The notes: generated by a model from the sequence alone, not told the origin. DNA of 64,000 nt from a virus (IMGVR_UViG_3300036820_000012:16724-80723); one strand, 5' to 3'; numbered from the stretch's first letter, positions 54,718 through 64,000 are shown. Program-made: numbers and translations.

Positions 54718-56250
54718 CTAGGCGCCGAACGGGGACCGCTGCACAGTGCCCCGTCGCGGGTCGCGCTCCACGGTGACCGGCTGCTCCCACGGGGCCGCAT
54801 ACTGGTCTGGCCGTACCGCCCAGGTGCCCCTGGCGTCCAGTACCTCGGCGATGCCGGGAGTGGGAGTGGCGCCGAGCGTGGGGAAGTCGGGGCCGCCGCC
54901 GAGGTTCAGCAGCACGTACCTGGTCGCGTCAGCGAGGTGGTCGGGAGCGCGGGTGTCGGCGTCTTCCGGGTCGCCCGTGGGGGCGTGCGGGAGGCTTTCC
55001 ATCTCCGCGTACCAGTTACGGCAGGTGGTGAAGACATGCAATTTCGGGCAATCGTCCCAGCCTTGCGCACGATGATGCGGGCACGCCGGGGCGTCTTTGA
55101 GGTATGAGTGGATGCGCTGCCAGCCCGCGATGCGCGACCCGGGGCCCTTCCCGGCCGCGCTGAGGTGGCAGCCCTCGTCGGCGTAGACATCGGCGATCGG
55201 CTTGGCGTCACCCCGGACCGCCCACATCGCATCATCTGCGTAGCGGACCGCGACCTGCTCGCCGGCTTCGGCGGCAAGGATGCGTTTCGCCTGGTCGGCC
55301 TCGCCGACGCCGGGCTGATACGCCTCGCGGTAGCACCACAGCCGGCCGTCTTCGTCCTCGGCGATCCAGATGACCGCCCATGGCGCGGTGTAGCCCCAGT
55401 CCACGCCTGCGTACCTGCGCCATGACTCCGGGATGCTGAACGGCTGGACGACGTGCCGGTCCCACGACAGTTCCGGGAACACCTGGCCCTCGAAAGTGGA
55501 CCAGTCGCCGTCTTCGTAAGCTTTCCGCAGCCTTTCGGGCAGGCCGGACAGCGCTTTGCGGTAGTCCTCACCCAGCTGCGGCGTATCGGCCAGCCTCGCC
55601 TGGATGAAGATCCGGCGCCGGCCGTACCGGTCGGTGATCTCGGTCTCGCCGTGCCGGGTCGCGTCGATAAAGTCGCGCTTCACCGCGGCGTGAGCAACCT
55701 GCCCCGGGTTGGTGGCGCTGCGGATTCCCAGGCACGGCACGCCGAGCACGCCGGAACGCACCCGGGAGTACAGCAGGTCGGTGACCTCGGCGGGGATGGT
55801 TGTGCGCTCGTCGATCACCAGCAGGTTGATCTCCGCCGACAGCAGCGCGGACGCTTCCTGCAGGTTCTTGGCGTGACCGAACGTCAGCGAGGACCCTGTG
55901 AGCATCGTGAGCTCGTACTTGCTCTCATTCCACCGGGCGCCGATCGTCTTCGCGTACCCGTAACGCGCGAGCATCCGCAGCACGGACTGCTGCAGTTCGG
56001 GGAAGGTGCGCCGGAACCAGAACGCCTGCAGCCCCGGATACCGGGAACAGGCACGCAGGGTGTACATGAGCAGGCTCGTGGATTTAGAGCCGCCAGCCGC
56101 GCCACCGTAAAGGACATCCAGGTTCTCATCCGGCAGATCCAGGAAACGTGTCTGCGGGCCCGGGTTCGGGACGAACCCCAGCCGGTCGAAAACGTCGTCC
56201 CGCGGCGGCTCAAACGCTGCAGCTGCTGCTTCCAGCCATTGCACGGTCAT
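54718..56250 (-). CDS. terL: Terminase large subunit
   Basis: YGGAAGGSKS Walker A, LLVIDE Walker B, ATNPG, GVDWGY and DHLADATRY nuclease motifs. Confidence 0.95.
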   Translation of the reverse strand: MTVQWLEAAAAAFEPPRDDVFDRLGFVPNPGPQTRFLDLPDENLDVLYGGAAGGSKSTSLLMYTLRACSRYPGLQAFWFRRTFPELQQSVLRMLARYGYAKTIGARWNESKYELTMLTGSSLTFGHAKNLQEASALLSAEINLLVIDERTTIPAEVTDLLYSRVRSGVLGVPCLGIRSATNPGQVAHAAVKRDFIDATRHGETEITDRYGRRRIFIQARLADTPQLGEDYRKALSGLPERLRKAYEDGDWSTFEGQVFPELSWDRHVVQPFSIPESWRRYAGVDWGYTAPWAVIWIAEDEDGRLWCYREAYQPGVGEADQAKRILAAEAGEQVAVRYADDAMWAVRGDAKPIADVYADEGCHLSAAGKGPGSRIAGWQRIHSYLKDAPACPHHRAQGWDDCPKLHVFTTCRNWYAEMESLPHAPTGDPEDADTRAPDHLADATRYVLLNLGGGPDFPTLGATPTPGIAEVLDARGTWAVRPDQYAAPWEQPVTVERDPRRGTVQRSPFGA

Positions 56251-56891
56251 CAGTTCAGGCTCAGTGACGCGGCAGCACGCCGAAGCTCCTCCGGCACCAC
56301 CACGGCAGCGAGACGGGACTGCACGTCCGACAGGTCCAGGCGCCCGAGGATGCGGCGGAACACGTCCACCACGATCTGCCCCTGCGCCTCGGCCAGCTTG
56401 ACGCGGCGCTCCTCGAGCCCAGCCGAGATCGCAGCCTTGCAGACGTCAACCAGGTGCTTGCGCTCGCGGTAGTAGAGCTCCAGCCACATGTTCACCGCTG
56501 CCGAACGGGTGACATCTGTGCCGGCGAACTCTGTCGCGTTCTTCTCCGCTTCCTCGGTGACGCCCCAGACCAGATCCCCGGACTCCAGGGCGCTGACCTG
56601 CTCACGCAGCCACATCACATGCCCGGCGGTCCACTGAACCTCTTCGAGCAGCGCATCCGTGGCGTTGATGTCCCGGCGCAGGCCGTAGGTGACGACCGCA
56701 GCTTCCGCCGCTTGCATCGCCTTGGCTGCCGCAATGGCCGGCGCGGCCTTCTTCCCCAGGTGCATCCGGCACTTGTCGCTGCCGCGCACCAGCCGGTGGC
56801 TGTGGCAGTCGCCCCGGCCGCTCTTGCGGGGACTGACACACTCCCACCGCTGATGCTCGTCGCACCAGCGGCCCCGGTCAGGAGATTGCAT
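56250..56891 (-). CDS. Putative terminase small subunit
   Basis: C...C....CRMHLG N-terminus, helical body, directly upstream of terL. Confidence 0.7.
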   Translation of the reverse strand: MQSPDRGRWCDEHQRWECVSPRKSGRGDCHSHRLVRGSDKCRMHLGKKAAPAIAAAKAMQAAEAAVVTYGLRRDINATDALLEEVQWTAGHVMWLREQVSALESGDLVWGVTEEAEKNATEFAGTDVTRSAAVNMWLELYYRERKHLVDVCKAAISAGLEERRVKLAEAQGQIVVDVFRRILGRLDLSDVQSRLAAVVVPEELRRAAASLSLN

Positions 56892-57047
56892 GCGGGACGC
56901 CTCCCGGCCAGGTTCGCATGGGGAGACCGCTTAGCCTGCGTCGTCCTGCACATCGGTTCCGCAGCACTGGCACCGGGAAGAAGTGCAGGCGCCCTGGAGG
57001 TCTGTGCAGTCACCTCTTTGGCAGGGCTTGCAGACGAACTCCACGCC

Positions 57048-57317
57048 TCAGGCTCCCGGCACGCCAGGGTCTGGCTGCGGCTCCGGAGCGAGCTCGGGCG
57101 CGGGTTCCGGCTGCGCGGGTGCATGATCGCTGGCGAAGTGGTCGATGGCCATCTTCACCTGGTCGGCTGCGTTCTGCGCCCACGCGGGCGGCACACCTGC
57201 TGCGGTCATGGCCGAGTAGATCGCAGCGTCGATTGCCGGGGCGCTGGCCTCGGCTTCACGCACCGCGTCCTCCACGAATGCCTTCAGCCTGGTCTCGAGG
57301 CCTTCGAGCACGCTCAC
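57048..57317 (-). CDS. Hypothetical protein
   Basis: GGAGGAG RBS before GTG 57317. Confidence 0.6.
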   Translation of the reverse strand: MSVLEGLETRLKAFVEDAVREAEASAPAIDAAIYSAMTAAGVPPAWAQNAADQVKMAIDHFASDHAPAQPEPAPELAPEPQPDPGVPGA

Positions 57318-57430
57318 GGCTCCTCCTTGGGTGGCGGGTCGCGGCGCAGTACCTCGTTGGCGAGCGAGATGAGCTCGGCTGCCTGCTCGGTGAGGCGGTC
57401 GGCCAGCCGCTGGCTGTCGGTCACTGGGAC

Positions 57431-58039
57431 CTAGCTCGCCGGAGGGGTGGCGGGGGCCTCGGGCGACGGGGTGCCGGGGACGATGCCCACGGTCACGGCC
57501 TCGGAAGCCTGAACGATCACGGCTTCGGCGCCGTTCAGGACCGACGTGGACCCGTCCGGGTTGGTGATCGTCACCGCGACCGACACCAGGAGGTTGGAGT
57601 CGGGGGCGCCGGCGGACAGGACCGCGGTCGTGGTGTCCGCTGACGGGGTAAGCACCGCACCCGTGGAGTCGGGGTCGGCCAGGGTCCACGCGGCGGAGAA
57701 ACCGGCGGGAAGCGGAACTACTGCATTCTGGACGTCGAGCCCGGTCAGGGTGAACGGTACGGAATCGGCGTCGGACAGGTCGAAAGTGGTGGTCATCGGA
57801 GTGGTTCCTTCCGGGTAAGGCGTGCCTGGGGTGATGCCCACGGACACGGCTTTGAGTGAGTCCCGGCAGCGGAGCCACCGGTAAGCCTGATCGGCGAGGC
57901 TGAGCCAGACCCGGCGGGAGTCGTCGCCCTGCCACGGCCACGCCTCATCGCTGGAGCATGAGGCAGCGAGACCGGTGGCCATGTCGAGAGCGGCGCGGCG
58001 GTCAAGAGCATCAGCGAGGAGATACGCCTCGTCGCTCAC
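57431..58039 (-). CDS. Hypothetical protein with Ig-like C-terminal half
   Basis: GTGA overlap; beta-rich Thr/Val region. Confidence 0.6.
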   Translation of the reverse strand: MSDEAYLLADALDRRAALDMATGLAASCSSDEAWPWQGDDSRRVWLSLADQAYRWLRCRDSLKAVSVGITPGTPYPEGTTPMTTTFDLSDADSVPFTLTGLDVQNAVVPLPAGFSAAWTLADPDSTGAVLTPSADTTTAVLSAGAPDSNLLVSVAVTITNPDGSTSVLNGAEAVIVQASEAVTVGIVPGTPSPEAPATPPAS

Positions 58040-58866
58040 GCGGCGGCGCTCACGCGGGTGAAGCCGTCAAGCTTGTGCAGCACCTTGGCGACCTCCACCG
58101 CTTCGTAGACCCGCTGCCCGGCTTCGTTGAGGCCGGCGCACTCAAGATGCCCGCGGCGTTCCCAGGTGCGGATCCGCTCCACGGACACCCCGGCGACCTC
58201 AGCGGCTTCGGCGCGGGTCAGGAGCATGTCCCCTCGGGTCTGTGCGGGTACTGCCGGAGCGGGGCTGCCTGCAGGCGGTGACGGCCGGGGGGCTGGTGCA
58301 GCGGTCACCCATGACGGATCAGGTGCTCCGTGAAGCGCCCGCAAGCGGGCCGCGTGATCAACCAGTTCGGGAGCGGCGCTGAAATACTCGCCCGCACATC
58401 GCAGGTGAGCGAACTGCCGGTGACGGCGACGTTCCTGCTGGTAGGTGCCTGGCTCAACGGCGAGGATCTCGTCTGGCATGAGTTCCAGGAAGCGCCGTTC
58501 AGGGCGCCTCGTCGTGCCGATCTTGATAAGGCCGCCCCGCCGGACGTAGTAGACGATCGAGTTGGGCGCGCACGGCAGTTTGCCCGTTGATGGCGGGGCA
58601 TACTGCTCGCGGTGCTCCCATCGCTGCCGGCCAACGCTGACCGCGATCCGCACTGCGGCCTCATCCATCTCGGCACCGGATTCGCGCATCTCCCGCAGCA
58701 CGGCAATGACCGTGGCCGACGCGGGGTGATCCAGATCCACGAGATTCAGCAGGAAGGCCGCTTCTGAGCTACTGGGGCCGCACTCATCAGCGTGGAGAGT
58801 GTCGGGGATGAGCGGGTCGCCATAGAGCGCCCGGGACTTATCCTTAAGCATGTCGGGCCTGCGCAT
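58036..58866 (-). CDS. T5orf172/GIY-YIG-like nuclease fused to MerR-type HTH
   Basis: VYYVRRGGLIKIGTT..P..R.....LA.EPG....E...HRQF......EYF; C-terminal LTRAEAAEVAGVS...IRTWERRG. Confidence 0.8.
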   Translation of the reverse strand: MRRPDMLKDKSRALYGDPLIPDTLHADECGPSSSEAAFLLNLVDLDHPASATVIAVLREMRESGAEMDEAAVRIAVSVGRQRWEHREQYAPPSTGKLPCAPNSIVYYVRRGGLIKIGTTRRPERRFLELMPDEILAVEPGTYQQERRRHRQFAHLRCAGEYFSAAPELVDHAARLRALHGAPDPSWVTAAPAPRPSPPAGSPAPAVPAQTRGDMLLTRAEAAEVAGVSVERIRTWERRGHLECAGLNEAGQRVYEAVEVAKVLHKLDGFTRVSAAA

Positions 58867-58944
58867 TCAGGTTCGGCGTGCGCCACGGTGCCTGCTACTT
58901 GGAGAGGTGCAGGTGCCGTGGCCTAATACGAAAAGTCTAGCGGA

Positions 58945-59157
58945 TCATGCGACGTTGCGCCGAGCGCGCTCACGAGTGGCGTACTCCGCTTTCGCGACAT
59001 CCACCGCCCGGTAAACGGGCCAGCCGTTCTCATCCAGCCCAGCGCGGTCAAGGTGCCCGCGCCGCACCCACTTGCGCACAGTGTCAATCTTCACACGGCA
59101 AAGCTCGGCGGCCTCGCGGGTAGTGACCAGCATGTCCGGGCCCGTGATGGTGACCAT
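58945..59157 (-). CDS. MerR-like HTH DNA-binding protein
   Basis: VTTREAAELCRVKIDTVRKWVRRGHL. Confidence 0.8.
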   Translation of the reverse strand: MVTITGPDMLVTTREAAELCRVKIDTVRKWVRRGHLDRAGLDENGWPVYRAVDVAKAEYATRERARRNVA

Positions 59158-59173
59158 TTCCACCCCAGAACAG

Positions 59174-59209
59174 GAAAAAGCCCCCATCGCCGCGCTGCGG
59201 ACTGGGGGC
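59174..59209 (-). terminator. Intrinsic terminator-like hairpin
   Basis: GCCCCCA/TGGGGGC stem with U5 on the - strand. Confidence 0.55.
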
Positions 59210-59258
59210 ATGGTGGTACCGGTTCCTAATCATGTACGTGTCCACCACCTCGCGCAAG

Positions 59259-60014
59259 TCAGGCCGCGTCGGCCAGCGCGTCGTACTCCTGGCGGCTCAG
59301 CACACGGCCGCAGTCATCGTTGACGCACTTGATGTACTCATCGCCCACCGTCAGCCACAGCGTGTACAGATCGCAGCGAGGACAGGGCCGTTTCTGGTGG
59401 CGGCGGATCTGGCCGGCGGACGCGCGCTTCATCAGGTCGCGGTGCCAGCGCCTGACCTCCTCGCCGAAGTCTTTCCCGGCGTCCGGGTTCAGGATCAGCA
59501 CGTCATAGTGGTGATAGAGCCAAGCGGTGAGCGTTGTGGACTCGCGCGCCAGGATGCCGCGTCTCGGCCGCGGGTCGTCCTCGTCTCTCGCTGCGGCTTC
59601 CCAGGAGCGCAGCCACGAGTTCAGGTCCTCGAGGTCGTCCATCCGCGCCGAAGGGGAAGGCGCCGAGCGGGTGCCGGTCACCTTGCCGCTGCCGTCGTCT
59701 GCGGGACGGGCGAGCGGGGGGATGGCTCCGGCGAGGGCGGCGAGGTCGTCGAGCTCGGCCAGCTGCTCACGGATCGCGGACATGCACTTGCCGCACCAGA
59801 CAGGGGAGCCGTACCAGGGTGAGATGTCGGGAGGCTGCGGAGGTTCGGGAACCGGGTCGCCGTTGCGGAGGAACTCCAGTTTGCGGGTGTACTCGGCGGC
59901 GTCTGCTTCGTAGAGGGCGCGGCGGCGTCTCCAGCCAGAATTGCAACTACCGGGGCAAATGCCGTCAGGTTCCAACAGCGCCACCTCCGCAAGACGTGAT
60001 GAGGATGTGGCCAC
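59259..60014 (-). CDS. Zinc-binding phage protein upstream of the packaging genes
   Basis: CPG.C...C..C and CPRC...C...CG clusters. Confidence 0.7.
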   Translation of the reverse strand: MATSSSRLAEVALLEPDGICPGSCNSGWRRRRALYEADAAEYTRKLEFLRNGDPVPEPPQPPDISPWYGSPVWCGKCMSAIREQLAELDDLAALAGAIPPLARPADDGSGKVTGTRSAPSPSARMDDLEDLNSWLRSWEAAARDEDDPRPRRGILARESTTLTAWLYHHYDVLILNPDAGKDFGEEVRRWHRDLMKRASAGQIRRHQKRPCPRCDLYTLWLTVGDEYIKCVNDDCGRVLSRQEYDALADAA

Positions 60015-60053
60015 AGACTAGGTCACGCGCTGTGAGCGGGGAAACGCGGACGG

Positions 60054-60269
60054 TCAGGTCAGCGGGCTAGCGCAGCGGCAGGGCACCTGGGTATAGACCT
60101 GCTCCGTGTACGGCTTGTGCGGGTCGTCCACGACGTTGTCAGCGGCATTGCACTCCACCTGACGGGTCAGCACGTTCGCTTCGTGAAAGTAAGCCGAGTG
60201 CTGGCAGCCTGGGCTGTTCGGGCATGGCTCGCTCACCTCACCCACCCTAGGGCTGGGGGGTGCTGGCAT
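60054..60269 (-). CDS. Small Cys/His protein
   Basis: C...CQH...H...C...CRC. Confidence 0.55.
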   Translation of the reverse strand: MPAPPSPRVGEVSEPCPNSPGCQHSAYFHEANVLTRQVECNAADNVVDDPHKPYTEQVYTQVPCRCASPLT

Positions 60270-60708
60270 CTACTGCCTGTCTGTCCCAGGAGCCGTAGCC
60301 GGGGTGGTCATGCCAAATCGCAGCAAGGGCCGAGCGGATAGCGGCGCCCCAGCGCTCCTCGGTGGCGTGCGTCTCGGGGCCGTGGTCCAGGCAGTCATCG
60401 GGGCAGCCGGACTCAGCGAGGCGCAGCAGCCGGCGCATGGCTTCCACCTCGCGCAGGGCGCGGGCTGGGTCATGGCGGGCGATGTGGGCGCACACTTCGG
60501 CAGTTGAATTCGTGACCGAGCTGTACATCATCGCGAAGTCGTCATCATCGGCGTCGACCACGGTTCCGTACCTGGCCACCCAGTGAGCGTGGCCGACGAG
60601 GGACATCTTCTCCTCGGGGTCGGGCTTGGCCGCCGCCATCGCCGCCGCCTCGTCTTCGTCCAGGCGTGCGGCGACAAACTCAGCGCAGCGGTAGACGCTG
60701 ACCGCCAT
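60247..60708 (-). CDS. DUF6221-like protein (paralog of 40941-41339)
   Basis: FVAARLDEDEAAA...HIARHDPARALREVEA.RRL...A.IW.DHPGY. Confidence 0.75.
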   Translation of the reverse strand: MAVSVYRCAEFVAARLDEDEAAAMAAAKPDPEEKMSLVGHAHWVARYGTVVDADDDDFAMMYSSVTNSTAEVCAHIARHDPARALREVEAMRRLLRLAESGCPDDCLDHGPETHATEERWGAAIRSALAAIWHDHPGYGSWDRQAVDASTPQP

Positions 60709-61115
60709 CACTTCCCGCCCTTCCACTCGCCGCAGGTCTCGCACCAGCCCTTGGTTGGGCAGCGATGCGCGGGCTTGCGGCGCTTGGCAGGCGCATCGTC
60801 ATCGGCAGCAGCGGGCGGGGTGAACTTCGCCTCGGCAGCCGAGATGGACGCGCGGGCCATGTCATCAGCCCAGCTATCACCCGTGATGGCCTGCCGTGCC
60901 TCGGCGTAGGGGCCGGAGGGCTCCTTGCAGATCTGGCGCAGGCGCTCGCGGGTCAGGCCGGTGATCTCGACCAGATCCTTCTGGCGCTCACCAGCCTTGT
61001 GCGCAGCGACGATGGCGTCCAGCTGCTCCAGCCGTGCCGTCCTGGCGCCCGTCTCGGCGCTCTTGCGCGCCTGGGTGGTGCGGCGCACGCGGGCTAGCGG
61101 GGGGCTTTCGTCCAT
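60708..61115 (-). CDS. HTH DNA-binding protein (candidate repressor)
   Basis: AGERQKDLVEITGLTRERLRQI. Confidence 0.75.
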   Translation of the reverse strand: MDESPPLARVRRTTQARKSAETGARTARLEQLDAIVAAHKAGERQKDLVEITGLTRERLRQICKEPSGPYAEARQAITGDSWADDMARASISAAEAKFTPPAAADDDAPAKRRKPAHRCPTKGWCETCGEWKGGK

Positions 61116-61189
61116 GCCAGAAGCATAACACGTTGTGCCTATGCCAAATGGACTTGCATGCCAACCACGTTTGGCGTACTGTCAGTGAC
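61116..61189. promoter_or_regulatory. Divergent leaderless promoters with two 16-bp palindromic operators
   Basis: TTGCAT-17-TACTGT-7-ATG on +; TATGCT-6-ATG on -; GCATAACACGTTGTGC and GCCAACCACGTTTGGC. Confidence 0.65.
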
Positions 61190-61540
61190 ATGAACACCAC
61201 GGGGACCACGCTCGCCGCGCCAGCCATCCAGACCACGAACCGCGAAGGCGTCTACCGCGCCCAGTCCGACAGCGGCAGCGGGTCCTACTTGTGCAGCCCG
61301 GTCGGCGCAGGCTGGTGCCAGTGCCCGGCAGGCGAGCGCGGCAGGGCCTGCAAGCACGTTGAGCGGGCACGCTCCTCCGTGGCAGACGCTCTGAGGGCGC
61401 AGGCAGCGGCGAGAGGCATCAGGGTGCTGGCAGGGGCTTCGGAGGTGGAGATGCTCGGGGCAGACGTGGAGACCGACGTGTACGGGCCTGCGCAGGACTG
61501 CGGGCTGGACGAGTGCGACTGCGAGGACTACGCGGGCTAA
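61190..61540 (+). CDS. SWIM zinc-finger protein
   Basis: SGSY......WCQCPA......CKH. Confidence 0.7.
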   Translation: MNTTGTTLAAPAIQTTNREGVYRAQSDSGSGSYLCSPVGAGWCQCPAGERGRACKHVERARSSVADALRAQAAARGIRVLAGASEVEMLGADVETDVYGPAQDCGLDECDCEDYAG

Positions 61541-61579
61541 GCGAAGTAAGCGGATTAAACCAGCAGCGAGGAGAGCGCA

Positions 61580-61774
61580 ATGCGGATCCAGATTCCGCTG
61601 GTCATCGAGATGACCGACGAGCAGGTGAAGGTCTACGCGGGCGAGAACGGGCTGCCAGTCCCAGTGCGGGCGAAGGACGTCATTGAGAACGTGCGTTCGT
61701 ACGTCCTGACCAGCGTGCAGGACTCGTACTCGTTCGTGGGCGACCGCGCCGACGTGAGCATCAAGGGACGGTGA
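61580..61774 (+). CDS. Hypothetical protein
   Basis: GAGGAG RBS. Confidence 0.65.
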   Translation: MRIQIPLVIEMTDEQVKVYAGENGLPVPVRAKDVIENVRSYVLTSVQDSYSFVGDRADVSIKGR

Positions 61775-61777
61775 GCG

Positions 61778-62113
61778 ATGGGTGGCACCTTTATGGCCGA
61801 GACAGTCACCGAGGACGACGCGCACAAGGCGTCTGATGCCCTGCTGGCGCGATTCCGTGAGTGGGGCTACACCGACTCGGAACCACCCGAGGACGGCGGT
61901 TACGAAGGGCCGCAGTCGTGGCCTGACCCGTTCACCAAGGGCTTCCGTCAGGTCTGGGGCAAGCCCGTCGATGACTGCGCAATCGAGTGGATGCGCGGCT
62001 GGGTCGCGCAGCACCCGCCGCAGGGCACTGACCCTGACGACAAGTGGGGACCGTGGATGGCGTTCCGGCTCACGTCCGGAGGCTGGCATTTCTTCGGCTG
62101 GGTCAACACCTAG
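61778..62113 (+). CDS. Hypothetical protein
   Basis: DKWGPW.A......WHFFGW C-terminus. Confidence 0.65.
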   Translation: MGGTFMAETVTEDDAHKASDALLARFREWGYTDSEPPEDGGYEGPQSWPDPFTKGFRQVWGKPVDDCAIEWMRGWVAQHPPQGTDPDDKWGPWMAFRLTSGGWHFFGWVNT

Positions 62114-62318
62114 CCGGATCACCAAGGGGGGAGAGCAATGCGGATCATCGGCAGGGCGGCGTGGATGGCCGAGAGGCACCTGCGCAGGCGGGTCACCAGG
62201 ACCGTCAGGAAGTCCGGGCGTCACCACAAGAGCGCAGCGAGGAAGCGGGGCGCGCGGAGCAGGTAGCAGTCAGAGGGGAGCGGCCACGTCAGGGGGAGGC
62301 GTGGCCGTTTCTGTGTGC

Positions 62319-62519
62319 TCAGGTCCGCATGCTGTCCGGAATGGGCACGCCCGGCGCGGCCTGGACGTGAACGGAAGCGCCGAGCCACATGCCGCAGACG
62401 CAGTTGCCGGAACCCGAGCAGATATCGCGGGCGTAGACGTGCGGCTGGCCGTACTCACTCGGCGACGGGCCGATGGAGCCTTCCCAGCCGGGGATCTCAA
62501 TTCGCAGTTCGCTGCTCAC
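62319..62519 (-). CDS. Small hypothetical protein
   Basis: GNCVCG...H motif. Confidence 0.5.
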   Translation of the reverse strand: MSSELRIEIPGWEGSIGPSPSEYGQPHVYARDICSGSGNCVCGMWLGASVHVQAAPGVPIPDSMRT

Positions 62520-62569
62520 CCGCCCATTCTCTCACCCTGCTGCCCGCTTACGGGGGGATAGCAGGCCGC

Positions 62570-62815
62570 CTACGCGCCGCCGAGCAGATCCTCTGGCGAC
62601 GTGAACTCCCCTGCAAGGTAGACCCCAACTTCGTCGCCGTCTGCCGCGAGTTCCTGGATCCGCGCGAACACCCGCTGCCGCTCGGCGGCCATCCGGCTCG
62701 CGCACTCGTCCAGGCTCGCGCAGGAGCGCTCCTGGAGCTCGCCGCCAAAAAAGCAGACGGCGCCGGACTCGCGGCCCTCAGGACCGTAGGCAGTGCACTC
62801 GAAGCCAGTGCTCAC
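62570..62815 (-). CDS. Hypothetical protein
   Basis: GTGA overlap. Confidence 0.6.
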   Translation of the reverse strand: MSTGFECTAYGPEGRESGAVCFFGGELQERSCASLDECASRMAAERQRVFARIQELAADGDEVGVYLAGEFTSPEDLLGGA

Positions 62816-63939
62816 CGTGCCACCTTCAATCCCTCTTCAACCTCGCGGATACGGCCTGCGCCCCACGTCCGGGAGCGGCCGAACATCTCACCGAGGGCAC
62901 GGTCGGACAGTGGCATCTGGCTGCGCCTGGACTTCCGGTAGGCACTCCTGGCCTCTTCCGCCTCTGGCTCTTTGCTGGGGCGCCGCGGCTTCTTGCGCGG
63001 CTCGCCCGGTGGCACAGGGGCCGGCACTGCCGATGGACCGGCGGCCGGCACCGCAGCGGCTCCTGTTACGGCACCCGGGGTGGCTTGACCCGTGGCACCG
63101 GCCGCGGCTTCCGCCGGGGCGGTCCTGGTGGCTTCCGGCGTGGCTTCCGGCAGCAGGTCAAGCTCGTCCGTGACGTGCTCACGCAGGCAGTGCTGCCAGT
63201 CGTCCCCGTCGCCAGCGCCTGCGGGGAACTGGCCGGTGCCGAGCTGGAACCGCAGCGTCACCGGCAGCCTTCGCCGCCACACCAGCGGCGCCCTGCCGAC
63301 ACGCTTGTCCGCCTGGGCGATGGCGATGGCGTACAGCAGCCGCGTGTACCTCTCGTGCGCCGCCTTGCGGGACGGCTCATCCCAAGTCCGCATCCAGCGC
63401 CACAGCGCCGCCGACCGGAACGGGTGCGCCACCCACTCCCCGCCGCCGATCCTGTCGGCGCGGACCTTCCCGCCGCGCAGCAGCATCACCGTGGACTTCC
63501 CGCCGAGCAGCACCCCGTAGAACCCGTCAACGACCACGAGGTGGCCGGCCATGTCCGGGGTCGCCTTGCTCGACGCCCAGGCGACCAGGAACGTCGACCC
63601 GCCGAGGATCGCGGTCATCAGCAGGCCGCGCAGAGCGCCGGCGGGAGCGCGGCGCAGGGCCAGCAGCAGGCCGTTGAGGAACAGGAACGTGAAGGCGATC
63701 TCCCCCGACACCGGCACCACCCACGACCAGGCGCCCATGTACGGGTGCATCAGGTGGGTTACGGTCTGGTAGATGACGATGAACGCGGGCCCGGCGATGG
63801 CTGCACCGAGCAGCATCAGCGCGCCGGCGAGGATCCGGTGCGACTTCGGCCACGGCTGGCGCCCGTCCCTGGGCAGCAGGAGGACAGGCACTTCTGCAAT
63901 ATGCATCTTGGTGCGCTTCCTGTGTTTCATGCCGAACAT
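62812..63939 (-). CDS. DUF2637/SpdA-like multi-TM protein with C-terminal HTH
   Basis: About 4 TM, Pro/Ala linker, PLSDRALGEMFGRSRTWG. Confidence 0.6.
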   Translation of the reverse strand: MFGMKHRKRTKMHIAEVPVLLLPRDGRQPWPKSHRILAGALMLLGAAIAGPAFIVIYQTVTHLMHPYMGAWSWVVPVSGEIAFTFLFLNGLLLALRRAPAGALRGLLMTAILGGSTFLVAWASSKATPDMAGHLVVVDGFYGVLLGGKSTVMLLRGGKVRADRIGGGEWVAHPFRSAALWRWMRTWDEPSRKAAHERYTRLLYAIAIAQADKRVGRAPLVWRRRLPVTLRFQLGTGQFPAGAGDGDDWQHCLREHVTDELDLLPEATPEATRTAPAEAAAGATGQATPGAVTGAAAVPAAGPSAVPAPVPPGEPRKKPRRPSKEPEAEEARSAYRKSRRSQMPLSDRALGEMFGRSRTWGAGRIREVEEGLKVAR

Positions 63940-64000
63940 CCTGAACGCGCTCCTGTCTTGGGTGCTGGCTTTCGGCGGTTGCGGTGAGTCGTGGGACTGG

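Larger units (their letters stand above)
1..64000. mobile_element. Temperate siphovirus-like actinobacteriophage genome segment (probably non-integrated form)
   Basis: Terminase-portal-capsid-tail-lysis module, serine integrase with a symmetric att site, many small overlapping (ATGA/GTGA) genes, high GC, no host housekeeping genes. Confidence 0.95.

Noticed and set aside
56080-56115. Terminase Walker A variant GGSKS as an inactivating change
   Set aside because: Catalytic Lys-Ser and all other motifs are intact; probably tolerated variation
1-64000. tRNA, rRNA or flanking host genes
   Set aside because: None recognised by eye; a tRNAscan/Infernal run would be needed to exclude them

Overview
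The window is about 64 kb of a high-GC temperate tailed phage, most likely an actinobacterial siphovirus, with no recognisable host genes. From left to right it holds a + strand run of small early/accessory genes (1-7.1 kb), then a - strand GIY-YIG gene, a short tyrosine recombinase and a large serine integrase next to a symmetric, apparently intact attP (10688-10739). A few + strand morons follow. A long - strand late region then runs from 60 kb down to 13.3 kb: terminase, portal, minor head protein, protease/scaffold, capsid, head-tail proteins, two paralogous tail tube genes, a frameshifted tail chaperone, tape measure, Gly-rich and beta-helix receptor-binding proteins, and a lysis cassette. 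The most striking feature is a contiguous 396-aa intein in the Mu-gpF-like minor head gene. Its internal region has no sense-strand endonuclease motif, but the opposite strand encodes, codon-for-codon in register, a 340-aa zinc-finger-repeat DUF559/Vsr-like endonuclease. Other notable observations are a KcsA-like channel with a deleted selectivity filter inside the lysis cassette, two more antisense homing endonucleases (one beside an orphan gene tail, one beside a recoded tract of the tail tube gene), a series of antisense genes with leaderless-type promoters in the late operon, and two HTH-plus-repeat modules. All family assignments come from reading motifs by eye; no searches were run.
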